Source: Amphiscolops sp. MND2022
Lineage: Eukaryota
Assembly (NCBI GenBank): GCA_964187785.1
Contig: OZ076409.1
Coordinates: 90,398,001 to 90,462,000, forward strand
Length of the DNA: 64,000 nt
Direction of reading: 5' to 3'
Shown: in pieces, positions 52,701 to 64,000 of the stretch
Numbering within the stretch: position 1 is the stretch's first letter
How the letters are laid out: the number at the start of each line of letters is the position of its first letter
The notes under the pieces: model-generated
What the model saw: only the letters and a program-made list of their open reading frames with translations
What the model was told of the DNA's origin: nothing
The model's database searches: none
Made by a program: the position numbers and the translations under genes

Positions 52701-55700
52701 AGTCGGTTTCTGCTTCTTCTCCCCCTTGAGACATCTGAAAGAAGCCAGTGCGTTCTGCAACCATCAGTCTCTCTTGTGGCTTCAAGTAATTTATGAGATC
52801 CTTACGATAGTCTATGAATTTTATGTCTTCAATGTTTCTGGGCGCAACCAGGCTACTGAGCTTTATCAACGCTTCGAACCCGCATTGGCTCATGAAAAAA
52901 TCAGTCACCTGATAATCTTTTGCTATGGCAGCGACAGCTGGCGGTCCACTAGTTCCAGGTGTTGCGTCGATGTCCCTCTTCTTTTCAACCCGCGCTCGCG
53001 CCTCGGACGCCTTGAGCCACAGAAGTGCTTGATCGGGTTCCTTGAGGTTCAATACCCAATGATTTTGGTGATGACTTGAAAAAAAACACGGTTCGAACAT
53101 TTTGTGTCTTAATGGATAAAAAGTACTAACGGGGCTTTGAGTCCAAGACTTCAAAAGCTCACCTTTAATTTGAAAAGCTATAAAAAGGTAAAAACAGCGG
53201 CTCTGAGTCCGAGACTCTAAAAGCTCATCTTTAGTTGTCTTCTCTTTCTCTCTTAGCCTCTCTTCGTTGCTCGTGAATTCTTCGCTTGGTGCCTCTTGTA
53301 TTCAAAATCTTCCTCAGGTTTGTATAATAATGTAGGATTATACCTAGGGATCTGAGTTCGAGATCGCTGGATTGATGTAAGGTTTTGTGTTTCTCGACGA
53401 GTACTTCACTGCGCTGCTCAGACTTGCCTAAAATATCTATCGTGACATAGATGATTCGGCAGTCCAAAATCCTCAGGTCTTCAAAGGTATTCGGGGACCC
53501 TGTACGTTGACAATAAACTATGCCGCATAAGTTTGTGAGACTTCTCAATGAAGCCACCAGCTGATTTACACTTCGCGGTTGATAGGTATTACGTTTGTGG
53601 GGTGTGATAGTTACACCGATCGTGACACAAGAATATTCTCGTCTTTTTCAGTTCTTCGGACTTTAGATAGTATTAAACGTCTTTTGAGTTGTTCACGGAC
53701 TCTGGGTTCATACTAAAACCGGGACCGACCGGCGTGGAGGAGTTCTCGTAGTGGCTTACGCAAACTGATTTGAAGTTCTTCAATTGAGTTGTACAAGGAA
53801 CTGGCAGCAATAATTTTAAGCATGCTAACCTTGAAATGTATCCTGGTCTGGACACCTTTTGTCGTGTTTCTCGCAGATCAAAACGCTCTTCTATAAAAGC
53901 TGGTATTCACAAGACGGCAGACATCAAAGCACATCTCGAAAGGACATCGACATCTAAAATAAAACATATGTCAATAACAGCAAAATATAATAAAGGCATC
54001 AATCAGTACACACGTCACAATTCTAGTGCCTCCTTTGCTATTGCCAGTTGCATCTCTCGTTCCTTTCATTTCAGTTTCATTTTCAGCTCTCGTTGCTTCC
54101 GTTTCAGCTGTATCATGCTGCCTCTTTCTGATTCCGGCTTCCGTTTGTTCTTCGAACATTTGTGCTTCATTTGTGTTTGTAGCACTGCCCGTGTTATAGT
54201 CTGACTCTTCTACAATACGGAATGCCATTTGGGGGGATACAAGTGCACCTACATAACTGTTGGTACCCACTGCGGGAGGGTCCTTTGCTGGACTGCCTCC
54301 AGTTGTGCCAGCTTTTTTCGTGTCCAGCAACGGTGCCAGTGTCTTCGTTTTCATTGTCTGACAGCATCATTGTTGTATTTACATTTTCGACCAGTTTTTC
54401 TACTTCCTCGGATGCCAGCGGTAACTGATTTTCAAAATGTTGTTGTATCAATTGATTTTGTTCATCTCTGGCGTTTGCTCCTCCTCGCGTTCGGTCGAGT
54501 TGCCCAGCCAGTCGAGTAGATTTTTCACCTGGGCACACTCATCAGCTTCCTCAATTTGTAGAATGAGCAAAAGAGGTTTCATGAGTCGTAGCTTCTGTTG
54601 ATGAAGCATTTTGTTTCTCTAGTCTGAGAATATACCGTTCAAAGAGTTGCCGTATCTTAGGCAATCTGTCCTTTTGTCGGATCGAAGCATTTACCTCACA
54701 TTTCCACTCCACTTGAGATTGAAATATGTCTCGCTGTTTGCCTTCCAACTTCCCATTTTGCACAAAAGGTGTTTTCGTTATGTGGAGCTCTGATTTCTTG
54801 ACACTGCACTTCAAGACATTGTTGTTTGCCGTCTATAGCTCCACTGCTTTGTCCATACCAGAGAGAATTTGTTCCTGGTGAGCGAAAAGGTCTTCATGTG
54901 TATATAGTTTCAACATTGATGTGAACTATGTCACCGAGTCAATGAACTTCTGCTTCTCTCTGGAGAATTCCTTGTAGAATTTCCCCGAGAGCACAAGTTT
55001 GTTATCATATGTCCAGTCAGTTTCTTGCTGAATTGATCTGTTGAGACAATCTCTCTCAAAATTTTTGAATCTATTTTCCAATTCCTCAACGTCAGTTTTC
55101 CATTTGGCAAAATTACATGACTTCTTCAGTTCGATCAAACACTTGTCGTCTTTGAACCATGTTAAATCGCGCTCCCGACTCATGAAGACATTTTTTCCAT
55201 GGGTTTTCCAATCTATTTTTTTGAACCAAATATTGTCCAGGTCGGCAGACCAAATGTAAGTGTAGCGGCCGCTCAATTCTTACAATGGAATAGAGTTTTC
55301 TGCCGGTACATGATCCTTTCCTCATCTTCGGCCAGAAAGCAGGAACAAACTTTCAATAAGATTGTGTCTGTTCAATGATTTCTCAGCTGCTAGCGGCTTC
55401 GTAATCCTAAACGCCAGGCCTCGTACTGGGCAATACTTCGATCCCAATACATTTTTGACTGGAAATCGACTTCGCCTCTTGGTGTGCGGAGGTTGTACAC
55501 TCCACCACAGCGATTGACCGTCCTCAATGAAATATTTCCACCAAAATTCCTTGTTCGTGTCACGTCTATAGCTCTCACGATGAGCTTTTATTTCCGTTAC
55601 TACGATGAGCGACTATAGAACGATCTCCTAAATCGTAGATCTACTACGCCAATTGATGCTATTTCAATAGAATATTTCTGATTGATTTAGTTTCCTAAAA

Positions 55701-56972
55701 CAGTTGATCGTTCGTTTTTTTGATAGTTGAGCAGTGCAATGAAACCCTCACAGTCACAACTTGTCTAATTTGGAACCGTGGTAGCTACTAAGCAGCTGCC
55801 AAAGACATGAAAATTATGTTTCGAGAGTATTTTTATCAGCGTTCTGAATATAATATCAAAATTGGTCAAATTTTTACTCTACTCAACCAAAGTGCAATCC
55901 AAAACCTTGATGTTCACAGGACATTGGAATAACAAAATATGCATAAGAGAAAAATTCCATCACGTTTCTGGACCTCTCACACCTCCAGTTTGCTTCTTCC
56001 CTTCCATTGTTTTCCATTTGAGATAAATCAATCACGGAAATTGCTATTTGAACGGAAATTTGACCGATAGGTTGAATTAATAACAATTGACTTAAATCAC
56101 AAAAACATTCCAATGGAGTTCTAGTACGATGGACTTTGAAACAGCACAGGTAAGTGACTTACGCCTTTCGGTTTCGAGTGAGTTGGAAAATTTTGCAAAT
56201 CAAGACTTCAACTAGTTGAAAGTTAGTTTCTCAATCTCTGGTGCCACAATCGCTGGCCCTGTTTTCTCTCTGAAAACAATCGTCAAAAAATGGTTGGCGA
56301 AATCGTCACAGTGGGTTGAACGAATCTCTCATTTGATGTCTGCATTTTTGTTGATCGAATCACTCCATCACTGCCCGGGAAGACGTCCAAACTTTTAGCT
56401 GTTTGACTTTCGTACTGCTTGACTGACTCGTCAATGACCCACACCAGATCACCGACACTGAAGTCTCGCCCACCTTTGCCCTCCCATTTTGGTTGCACGT
56501 TCCGTTTTGACATACAATTTCGAGCCCATCGTTTCCATATCATTTCATGATAGGCTTGAGACACTCTTTGGAGTTCTCAACAGTTCACATATCTGGATGC
56601 ATTCGGCGAAAGTGGCTCACTAATCGAAGGTCGGCCTAGTGGAAAAAAATTAGGCGTTCATGTCTCCAGATCTTCCGGATCATCAGACACAGGCGCCAAA
56701 AGTCCTAAATTAAGCGTCTGTTCAACCAAACACATCGTTGTGGTGAGTCAAGCGTCGACTTGCCAAGATTGCAATCATAGACTTTCGCAAATGCTCACTA
56801 TTCTCTCCCATATACAACCGAAACATTGCGCTCCGGGGGATTGAATTGTCGAACGACGCGCTGCTTTGCAAGAATTTCCGGAATAGAGTCGTCATTCCTT
56901 TCGCTGGAGCATTCTTTGAACTGCTGTGCCGCTCCAACAAAATTGTACAGTTGTCACTGATGATATTCAATG
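48384..56972. repeat. ~4.3-kb tandem duplication (48384-52687 and 52688-56972)
   Basis: Paired ORFs 48947/53231, 49688/53971, 50268/54551, 51104/55390; includes a third copy of the F LTR at 53860-54017 with CAATT flank. Confidence 0.9.
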
Positions 56973-59900
56973 ATTTGCCCTCCTCGCTTTGAATCCCGTG
57001 ATTTCCATCATGCACGCGTCTGTGACCAAGCTGTTCACGACTTCGATGTGAGCTGTCCTGATGAATAGGCAAGTGAGGAGACAACACTAGTACTAGGCTA
57101 TCTTCCCGAAGAATGTCACTTCGGAGGGTCCGAAGTAGTCGACCTCTGTTTTGCAGAAAAGGTACACGTTCGGATGCACTCGCTCTTTAGGTAAGTCTGC
57201 CATGCGAGTTTTAAACACTTGTGACCTTGTTTTCCGCCTTTGTACACAGCTGTACTTGATACGTCTCAAAGCGTTTCTGATTCCAGTTATATCAATATCG
57301 TTGTTGGAGTACGTTTCTGACATGCTCCCTGCCTTCATGGTGATTGTTCACGTCACCTTGTCTCAAAATAAGAATAATCGAAGACTGTTCAGCTGAAAGA
57401 AGAATTAAGTGCTTCGTCCCATGATGAAACATTTATTTGTTTGGACGTCCTTTCAGTCTCTTCGTTCCGTGCTGGTCTAGAAAAATCACAATTTTTTCGA
57501 GGCATTTTTGACGACTTTCCCACCACTTTTGAGGAACTTCTCAGACAACTCATGGTAGCGCCTCCTCTCTGAGAGTTGCAAGATTATCCGTTCTGCTAAA
57601 TTCAGCTCTTCAGGCGTTAAGGGCCGTCTTTGTTTTGTTTTGATTCCTTGACAGTAGAAAAACATATTGAGTAATCGCTTGAATTGGTTGAACCAAGTAC
57701 AATCAAGAATAATACTCTCCCTGGTAGCTATGGTCATTACTTGTTCGTCTTCGTTTTTGGTATAGTTTGTTGTTTCATTGTGGCTATTCGGCAATTTCCT
57801 GTTCCGTTTGGTGTGAGAGCCCTCATATACGCAACATTACACAAGGGTTCCAAGGAAGCGTCCAAAAATGTGCAACTCCGCTTTCTCAAAATAGTTCATG
57901 AAGTATCTGCGTCTCAGTGGCAATTTTGGCATTTAATTCAATTCGTTAGCCCATGTTAAAGAGACTGCTTGATCGTCACCGTCGATTTTTAAATCCCATT
58001 GTCGACCTGTTTTGCCGAAGAAAGAGGCTACGAAAGCGAGAACTGCTCTCTGGTTGATTTTCACTTGCACTTCTTCGTCAGATTCACGGCAAACTTCAAG
58101 TTTGACTGCTTCAACTTTCCATTAAAGTCTCAAATGCGAAGAGGTGTGCAGCTCTTTCTCGAGCGTCTTGTTGGTTGCGTCTGATCTATCTTTTCCGGGT
58201 ATCGAATTACACACATCTACATTGTTGAATATCCATTTCAACAAAGTGAACCGTCGAGCTTCAATGCCTCTCACGTCATGATACACAAAACTCGCTTCTT
58301 CCTCAGTCTGCACTTATTTTGCAATTTCGTCAAACTTAACGTTCCTTTGGATGATTTTTGCTGCCACTGGGTAGTCGTTTTCGTTGTCCTTCGCATTTCT
58401 CTGCATCACAAAATCAGCACAAGTTGAGCTACTTTTCGCTCCGAAACATTTACCGCGTGTATTCATTTACGGCAATCGGAGCATCCGGGTGATTCCTCTA
58501 TAAGACACGTAACATGTTGCTGTCTTGTGTTGGCACTTCAAGAACATGCTTCGGACTTGCTCTGGTTTGTTAGGACTCATCACTGTATGATGAGACACAA
58601 ACCACTGAGCCTCTTCTTTTGTTTTTCTGAATTCTTCGTGGTCCAGTTTCCTGACATTATACGTTTTTCTCTTTAATTGCCTCTTGATATACGGTTTTCA
58701 CTGAAATATCCCTATCCAAGCATCTTTCCGATGAGCAAACCTGTGAGTGGTCTGAGAAGTAGTTGTTTTCGATCTTTGGGTTGTCTACTGTCTATAGTAG
58801 GCCAACTTCATATCTATCATCGACCTTTTTAGTTGTTCGTTCCAACTGCTCTAGAGCTCTTTCATCTTCCTTTGACCGACCGCTGACATTCACTCTCGTC
58901 GCGAATCATTCCATACCGAACAACAACGTTAGCTGTGCACTCAGTTCACTCTCTTCTGATGCACGATGACTCGTAGCTGATGCAATCTTTGCCACTTCAC
59001 GTCCTTCTTAGTTCATTTCTGACCACCTAGGGTTCACTTTTGTGTCCTTTCTTGTATTCCACTGAAACAAGAAACGCACAATTTGCTTTTCTTCGCCGTT
59101 ATTTATCGTTCAGCCAGTTTCAAGTTTTGAAAATACACACTCTCACAACTTGCGTTCACCAGATTTCACATAGTTTCACAGGCACAAGTGTTTGCATTTC
59201 GTTGAGGAGTCCGTTGTAGTCGCAAAACCCGGTTGTCTTTGTTGTGTCTCTGTCTCTGTTTGTTGTTGGTTTCGTCTTGTCACTTGCATTTCCAAGCTGT
59301 AATCGATTGTTCTCTTGTTTTAGAGCGAAGTTTTTCAAACAGGAGCTGATCATTCTCATGCTCTTGTAAGTCGAGTCTAGTCGTTGCAGGTGAGAGGGCC
59401 ATTTCTTTTCCAACACGATTGGTAGTTTCTTCATTGCATTGTTAAGCACTGATACCAAAGGAATGACACTTTCATACTCATACGGAGTCAGGGCATTGAC
59501 ACATCCAGAAACTACTTGCGAACACTTTATGATGACCAGCGAACTGTGGTGGGCTTTTATGAATCTGTAGGAGTGAATCAGTTTCAGCTGTGTATTGACA
59601 ACAAGTTCTTGTCGACCAAAATCTTGCTCAAGTGTTTGCCAAGCCACTTGGCACTTGACTTGTCACCAGATTAGCCCATATCTATTAAAGACTCCGCTCG
59701 CACGTGACAAGCGTTTTCAAGCAGTTCATTTTTAGACTGTCCAGTACACCAGCTTGATCCACAATCCAAACAACTCAGGTTACTCGGGAGTATTGCCAGA
59801 GAACTTGTCCAAAACAAGATTATGACGTTTCCTTGATGAAAATTTTGCTGCAAGAGTTCTTGAATGATGTCGTTGTAAACGATTGACTGCGATGTCATTA

Positions 59901-62514
59901 ATTTGGTTGGCTGTTGCTCGCAGCGGGAGTCGAGATTGTCTGCAATAAAAACACCTCCTCAGTGTTGAACCTAATCGTTTTCGTTTTGTCGTCCTTTTGT
60001 TTTGCGGGCAACGATGGCTCTTTAGTAACATACTGTTGGTCATCATTGTGACGTGCCATGACCTTCATTATTCACACGTAGATTCATTCATCTTACGTCG
60101 TCGTTCGAGCGATTGAAAAAGTTCCTCGACGACTCCAACCCTGTTTTGTAGTCGCAGAATGATCCATACTGCAAATGCTAGATTGCGATTTTTTTTTTCA
60201 GCTTTTTCATTTTTAGATAAAGCTGATTCTTGCGGGTCATCTCTTCCAATTCTAGTGCCTCCTTTGCTATTGTCAGTTGCACTTCGCGTTCCTTTCATTC
60301 CAGTTTCTATTCCAGCTCTCCTTGCTTCCGTTTCAGCTGTATCCTGCTGCGTTTTTCTGATTCGGCTTCTGTACGTTCTCCGAAAATTTGTGCTGCTAGT
60401 TCCACAAATCTCCGAGACGATGGAAACAAAAAAAAATGATATCAGTATTTTTCAACAATTCCCGTGATATCCACTGGCTCTTCTGCAATACGGCATTCCA
60501 TTCGGGGGATTTAACGCTGACTTCAGCTGCACCTACATGAGGGTTGGTGCTCACTGCGGGAGGTTCCTTTGCTGCACTGCCTCCTCTACTTCTTCGGATG
60601 CCAGCGGTAACTGATTTTCAAAATGTTGTTGTATCAATTGATTTTGTTCATCTCTGGCGTTTGCTCCTCCTCGCGTTCGGTCGAGTTGCCCAGCCAGTCG
60701 AGTAGATTTTTCACCTGGGCACACTCATCAGCTTCCTCAATTTGCAGAATGAGCAAAAGAGGTTTCATGAGTCGTAGCTTCTGTTTATGAAGCATTTTGG
60801 TTCGCTAGTCTATGAGTAAACCGTTCAAAGAGTTGCCGTATCTTAGGCAATCTGTCCTTTTGTAGGATAAAAGCATTTACCCCACATTTCCACTCCACTT
60901 GAAATTGAAAGATGTCTCGCTGTTTGTCTTCCAAATTCCCATTTTGCACAATGGATGTTTTCCATGAGGAGTTGATGTTTTCCATGGACGTTATGAGGAG
61001 CTCTTATTTTTTACAATGCATTTCAAGGCAGCGTTGTTTCCCGTCTACAGCTCCACTGCTTTGTCCAAACCAGAAAGAATTCGTTCCTTGTGAGCGAAAA
61101 AGTCTTCATGTGTCTATGGTTTCAACATTGATGTGATCGATGTCACCGAGTCAATGAACGTCTGCTTCTCAGTAGAGAATTCACGGTAGAATTTCCTCGA
61201 GAAGACGAATCATGTCTTTTTGATCATCAAGGGTTGTCATGCGTCAAGTCAGTTTTCTTGCTGAATTGTTCTGTTGAGACAGTCTCTCTCATTTGTTTGA
61301 AGCTATTTTCTATTTTCTCAACGTCACATTCCATTTGTTGAAATCACATGACTATTTCAGTACCTTCAACACCTTGTCGTCATTGAACTATGTTAATTCG
61401 AGCTGCGGAGTCATCTTTGAAGACATTTTCTCCATGGGTTTCCCAATCTAATTTTTGAACCAAATAATGTCCAGGTCGGCAGACCAAATGTAAATGTAGC
61501 GGCCGCTCAAATTGTACAGTGCAATTGAGTTTTGTGCCGGTGCCTGATCCTTCCCAATTCTTCGACCAAAAAGCAGGAAAAAATTTCAAAAGGATTGTAT
61601 CTGTTCAATGAGTTCTGAGTTGCTAGCGACTTCGGGTTCCTCAACGCCAGACTCTGGTCTGAGGAACCATTTTATCCCAATCCATCTTTTGACTGGAAAT
61701 CTGCCTCACCTCTTGCTGAGCGAGGTTGTACACTCCACCACAGCGATTGACCGTCCTCAAGGAAATGTTTCTACCAAAACTTACAAAGAGCTCGTTTGTT
61801 TCACGTCTATAACTCTTACGATGAGCTTTAGTTTCCGTTACTACAATGAGCAATTATGGAACGCTCTCCTAGATCTTAGACCTACCACGCCCAATAGTGC
61901 TATTTCTATTGAATTTTTCTGATTGATTCAGAATCCTGAAACAGCTGATAGTTTGTTTTATTATCGTTGAGCAGTGCATTGAGACCCGCCCAATCACAAC
62001 CTGTCTAATTCAGAATCGTGTCAGCTACTAAACAGCTGTCAAAGACATGACATTTAGGATTCAAGTGTTTTTTTATCAGCGTTCTGAACATGATATCAAA
62101 ACTGGTCAATTACATACTCTACTCAACCAAAGTGCAATCCAAAACTTTAAAATTCACAGGACATTAGAACAACAACAATTTTTGCATAAGATAGGTTTGT
62201 CTATCACGTTTTCGGACTTCTCACACCTCCAGTTAGCTTTTCCTTCCACTTTTTCCATTATGAGGTAAATCAATCACTGACACTGCAATACGAACAGCAA
62301 TTTGACCAATAGGTTGAATTGATAACATTTAATTCCAATCACGAAACCGTTCAAATGGAATGGTAAAACAATGAGCTTTGAAACCAATATTAGGCGCCAT
62401 TACCAATTGGATCATTTGAGTTCAGAGTGTTTCGAGTGACTTGGAAAGTTTTGGAACTCAAGATTTCAATTAATTAGAAGTTAGTTTCTCAATCTCTGGC
62501 GCCAACAGTTGTGA

Positions 62515-63400
62515 TGTATTGATGACACAAATATAATGCTCTTCATCATCCAGCAGTATTTGATGATATGCAGGTGATAAGTCAATCTTGACAAACCTTT
62601 GGCCCTCTCATTGAAGTATTGTTTTCTAGTCGGGAAGCGTGTAGTCTCCAGCCATGATACTATCGTTTATAAAAAGTTCGATTTCTGCACAAAGCCTAAG
62701 AGATACGTCTTTCTTCTTACGCCACACGACTGACGAGGCTTTCATGACGCCTCCTGATTCGACTTCAGAAATGATTCCTCGTGCCTGATTTTTCCCCGAA
62801 TTCAACCTCGACATAGGCTTCATTATCAATTGGATTTCTCTGAGACTTTTACATCAGAATTGGACGGAAGAAGTCTCTGTCGATCAATGTGAATTTTTTC
62901 TGGGACTCGACAACTGCAACGTCAACGCAATGAATTTTTCCACTGGCATCTGACATTCTGGATGACCGAAGTAAAGCATTCTGTGCCCATCGTACCCTTT
63001 ACTCCACAGCAGATTGATGGTCAATTTAAGTTGAAATAATGGTCACTGAAGAACCAGTGCGTTCTGCAGTTGAACATCATCACCATTTTTCGTGGTGATA
63101 TTAAATTCAGCATTGCTTCCAATGTGAAATTGCTCTTCTAGAGTTGCGAAAAGTTCGACATCTTTCAAAAGTTGTTCGGGCGAAGAAGGTTACCAGATTC
63201 TTGTTTTACTCAAGGATGAGAAACTGATGAGTTTAAAGTCCTTTCGTTTCCATCTTTGTTCGCGAAGCTTCTTGTTCTTTGAATATGCACATTCCGGCGA
63301 AGTGCCCTTGCATCGAAGAATCGTGAAACCTTTCTTCCTTAGGCGCTCATATTTTGGTTGAAAAAGCTTTCGTCCATTTCATCGACGCTGCTCTGGCTTC
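62515..63400 (-). mobile_element. 5' part of Gypsy element E (gag knuckle, protease, RT N-half)
   Basis: Colinear with 47085-48080 and resumes where 42261 breaks off (TGATGACAC). Confidence 0.65.
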
Positions 63401-63520
63401 TCAGAGCGCATTAGATTTTTGTTTGTACGGCGCATTTTCCTTCAAGGAAAATTGCCCTACTATAACAGTGGCTAGTATTTTCATCAGACCACAGAATATA
63501 TGCGTAGTGGACACTTTTTA

Positions 63521-63997
63521 CTAAACTACTAAATTACAGGACCGGCTATCGGAAACGAATCTAAAACAGAGCAAACGGTCCCCTTTCTTCAATCCCTTTT
63601 TAACGTAAGATACAAAACCGGACGAGACTAAAGGTTTCCCCCTTTGAATTTGTTTCGGCACTGAGCGACTTTTAAGAATTTTTTCTTGAAAGAGTCCTTC
63701 TTTCAAGTTTCTCGAAAACTCGGAGCAAATTGAAATTTCAAAATGCTCGAAGGTCCTCCACTTTTCAAATTTTTGTCACTATGCAAAACTATCCAAAGTT
63801 TTGACATAACATCAGGAGTAATGCGCTACATCTGAAATTCTGATCCAAAAGTTCAAATTGTATCCGAACTCTTTCGCGTCTTACTAAGGAGGTGGCAAAG
63901 TACAGGACTTTTCATGAAAATCTCCTACGCATTTTTTAAAAACTTTGCTTTTTCAGCCTTAGTAGATGCGCCGACCTTAGACGTTCCCGTCTTGTTT
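63521..63997. repeat. Interspersed repeat sharing its terminus with the 23052 element
   Basis: Ends GCGCCGACCTTAGACGTTCCCGTCTTGTTT; internal TTCGGCACTGAGCGACT resembles the reverse complement of GTCGCACAATGCCGAA at 23194. Confidence 0.5.
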
Positions 63998-64000
63998 ACT

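Larger units (their letters stand above)
42262..62507 (-). mobile_element. Tandem array of degenerate BEL/Pao elements with four ~1-kb LTRs (42262-43230, 50975-51961, 55261-56248, 61495-62507)
   Basis: Pao gag (AWQTLEQDFGRQELVV, 59156-59647), integrase MADLPKERV..VDYFGP, C-terminal WKRW..VGDLVWV..PGSDGVIR; PBS-like TGGTCTGCCGACC just inside three LTRs. Confidence 0.8.

Overview
Repeat-dominated eukaryotic (metazoan-type, spliceosomal GT-AG introns) DNA. Only one host gene is visible: the last three exons of a SAXO/MAP6-like microtubule-binding protein (21051-22808, +). Bases 1-20925 hold a very young tandem Ty3/Gypsy retrotransposon (internal-LTR-internal-LTR, 9704-bp period) sitting in that gene's intron. 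Its architecture is unusual. The LTR ends at ...TTACGACA (6706, 20925) about 197 codons inside gag. The best polypurine tract lies inside the pol 3' end, implying an LTR of about 8 kb. That putative LTR carries an intact antisense 6-exon/5-intron gene (1258 aa; BED-type Zn finger plus an apparently catalytically dead hAT-transposase-like body), a divergent 263-aa sense ORF with a SUMO-interacting-like motif, and repeated GGCC-N6-GGCC palindromes. The rest (24.5-63.4 kb) is nested, decayed LTR elements: five Gypsy copies and a ~20-kb BEL/Pao array with shared LTRs, a nested Gypsy with a perfect TSD, and a 4.3-kb tandem duplication. All family assignments are by eye from motifs; no database searches were run.
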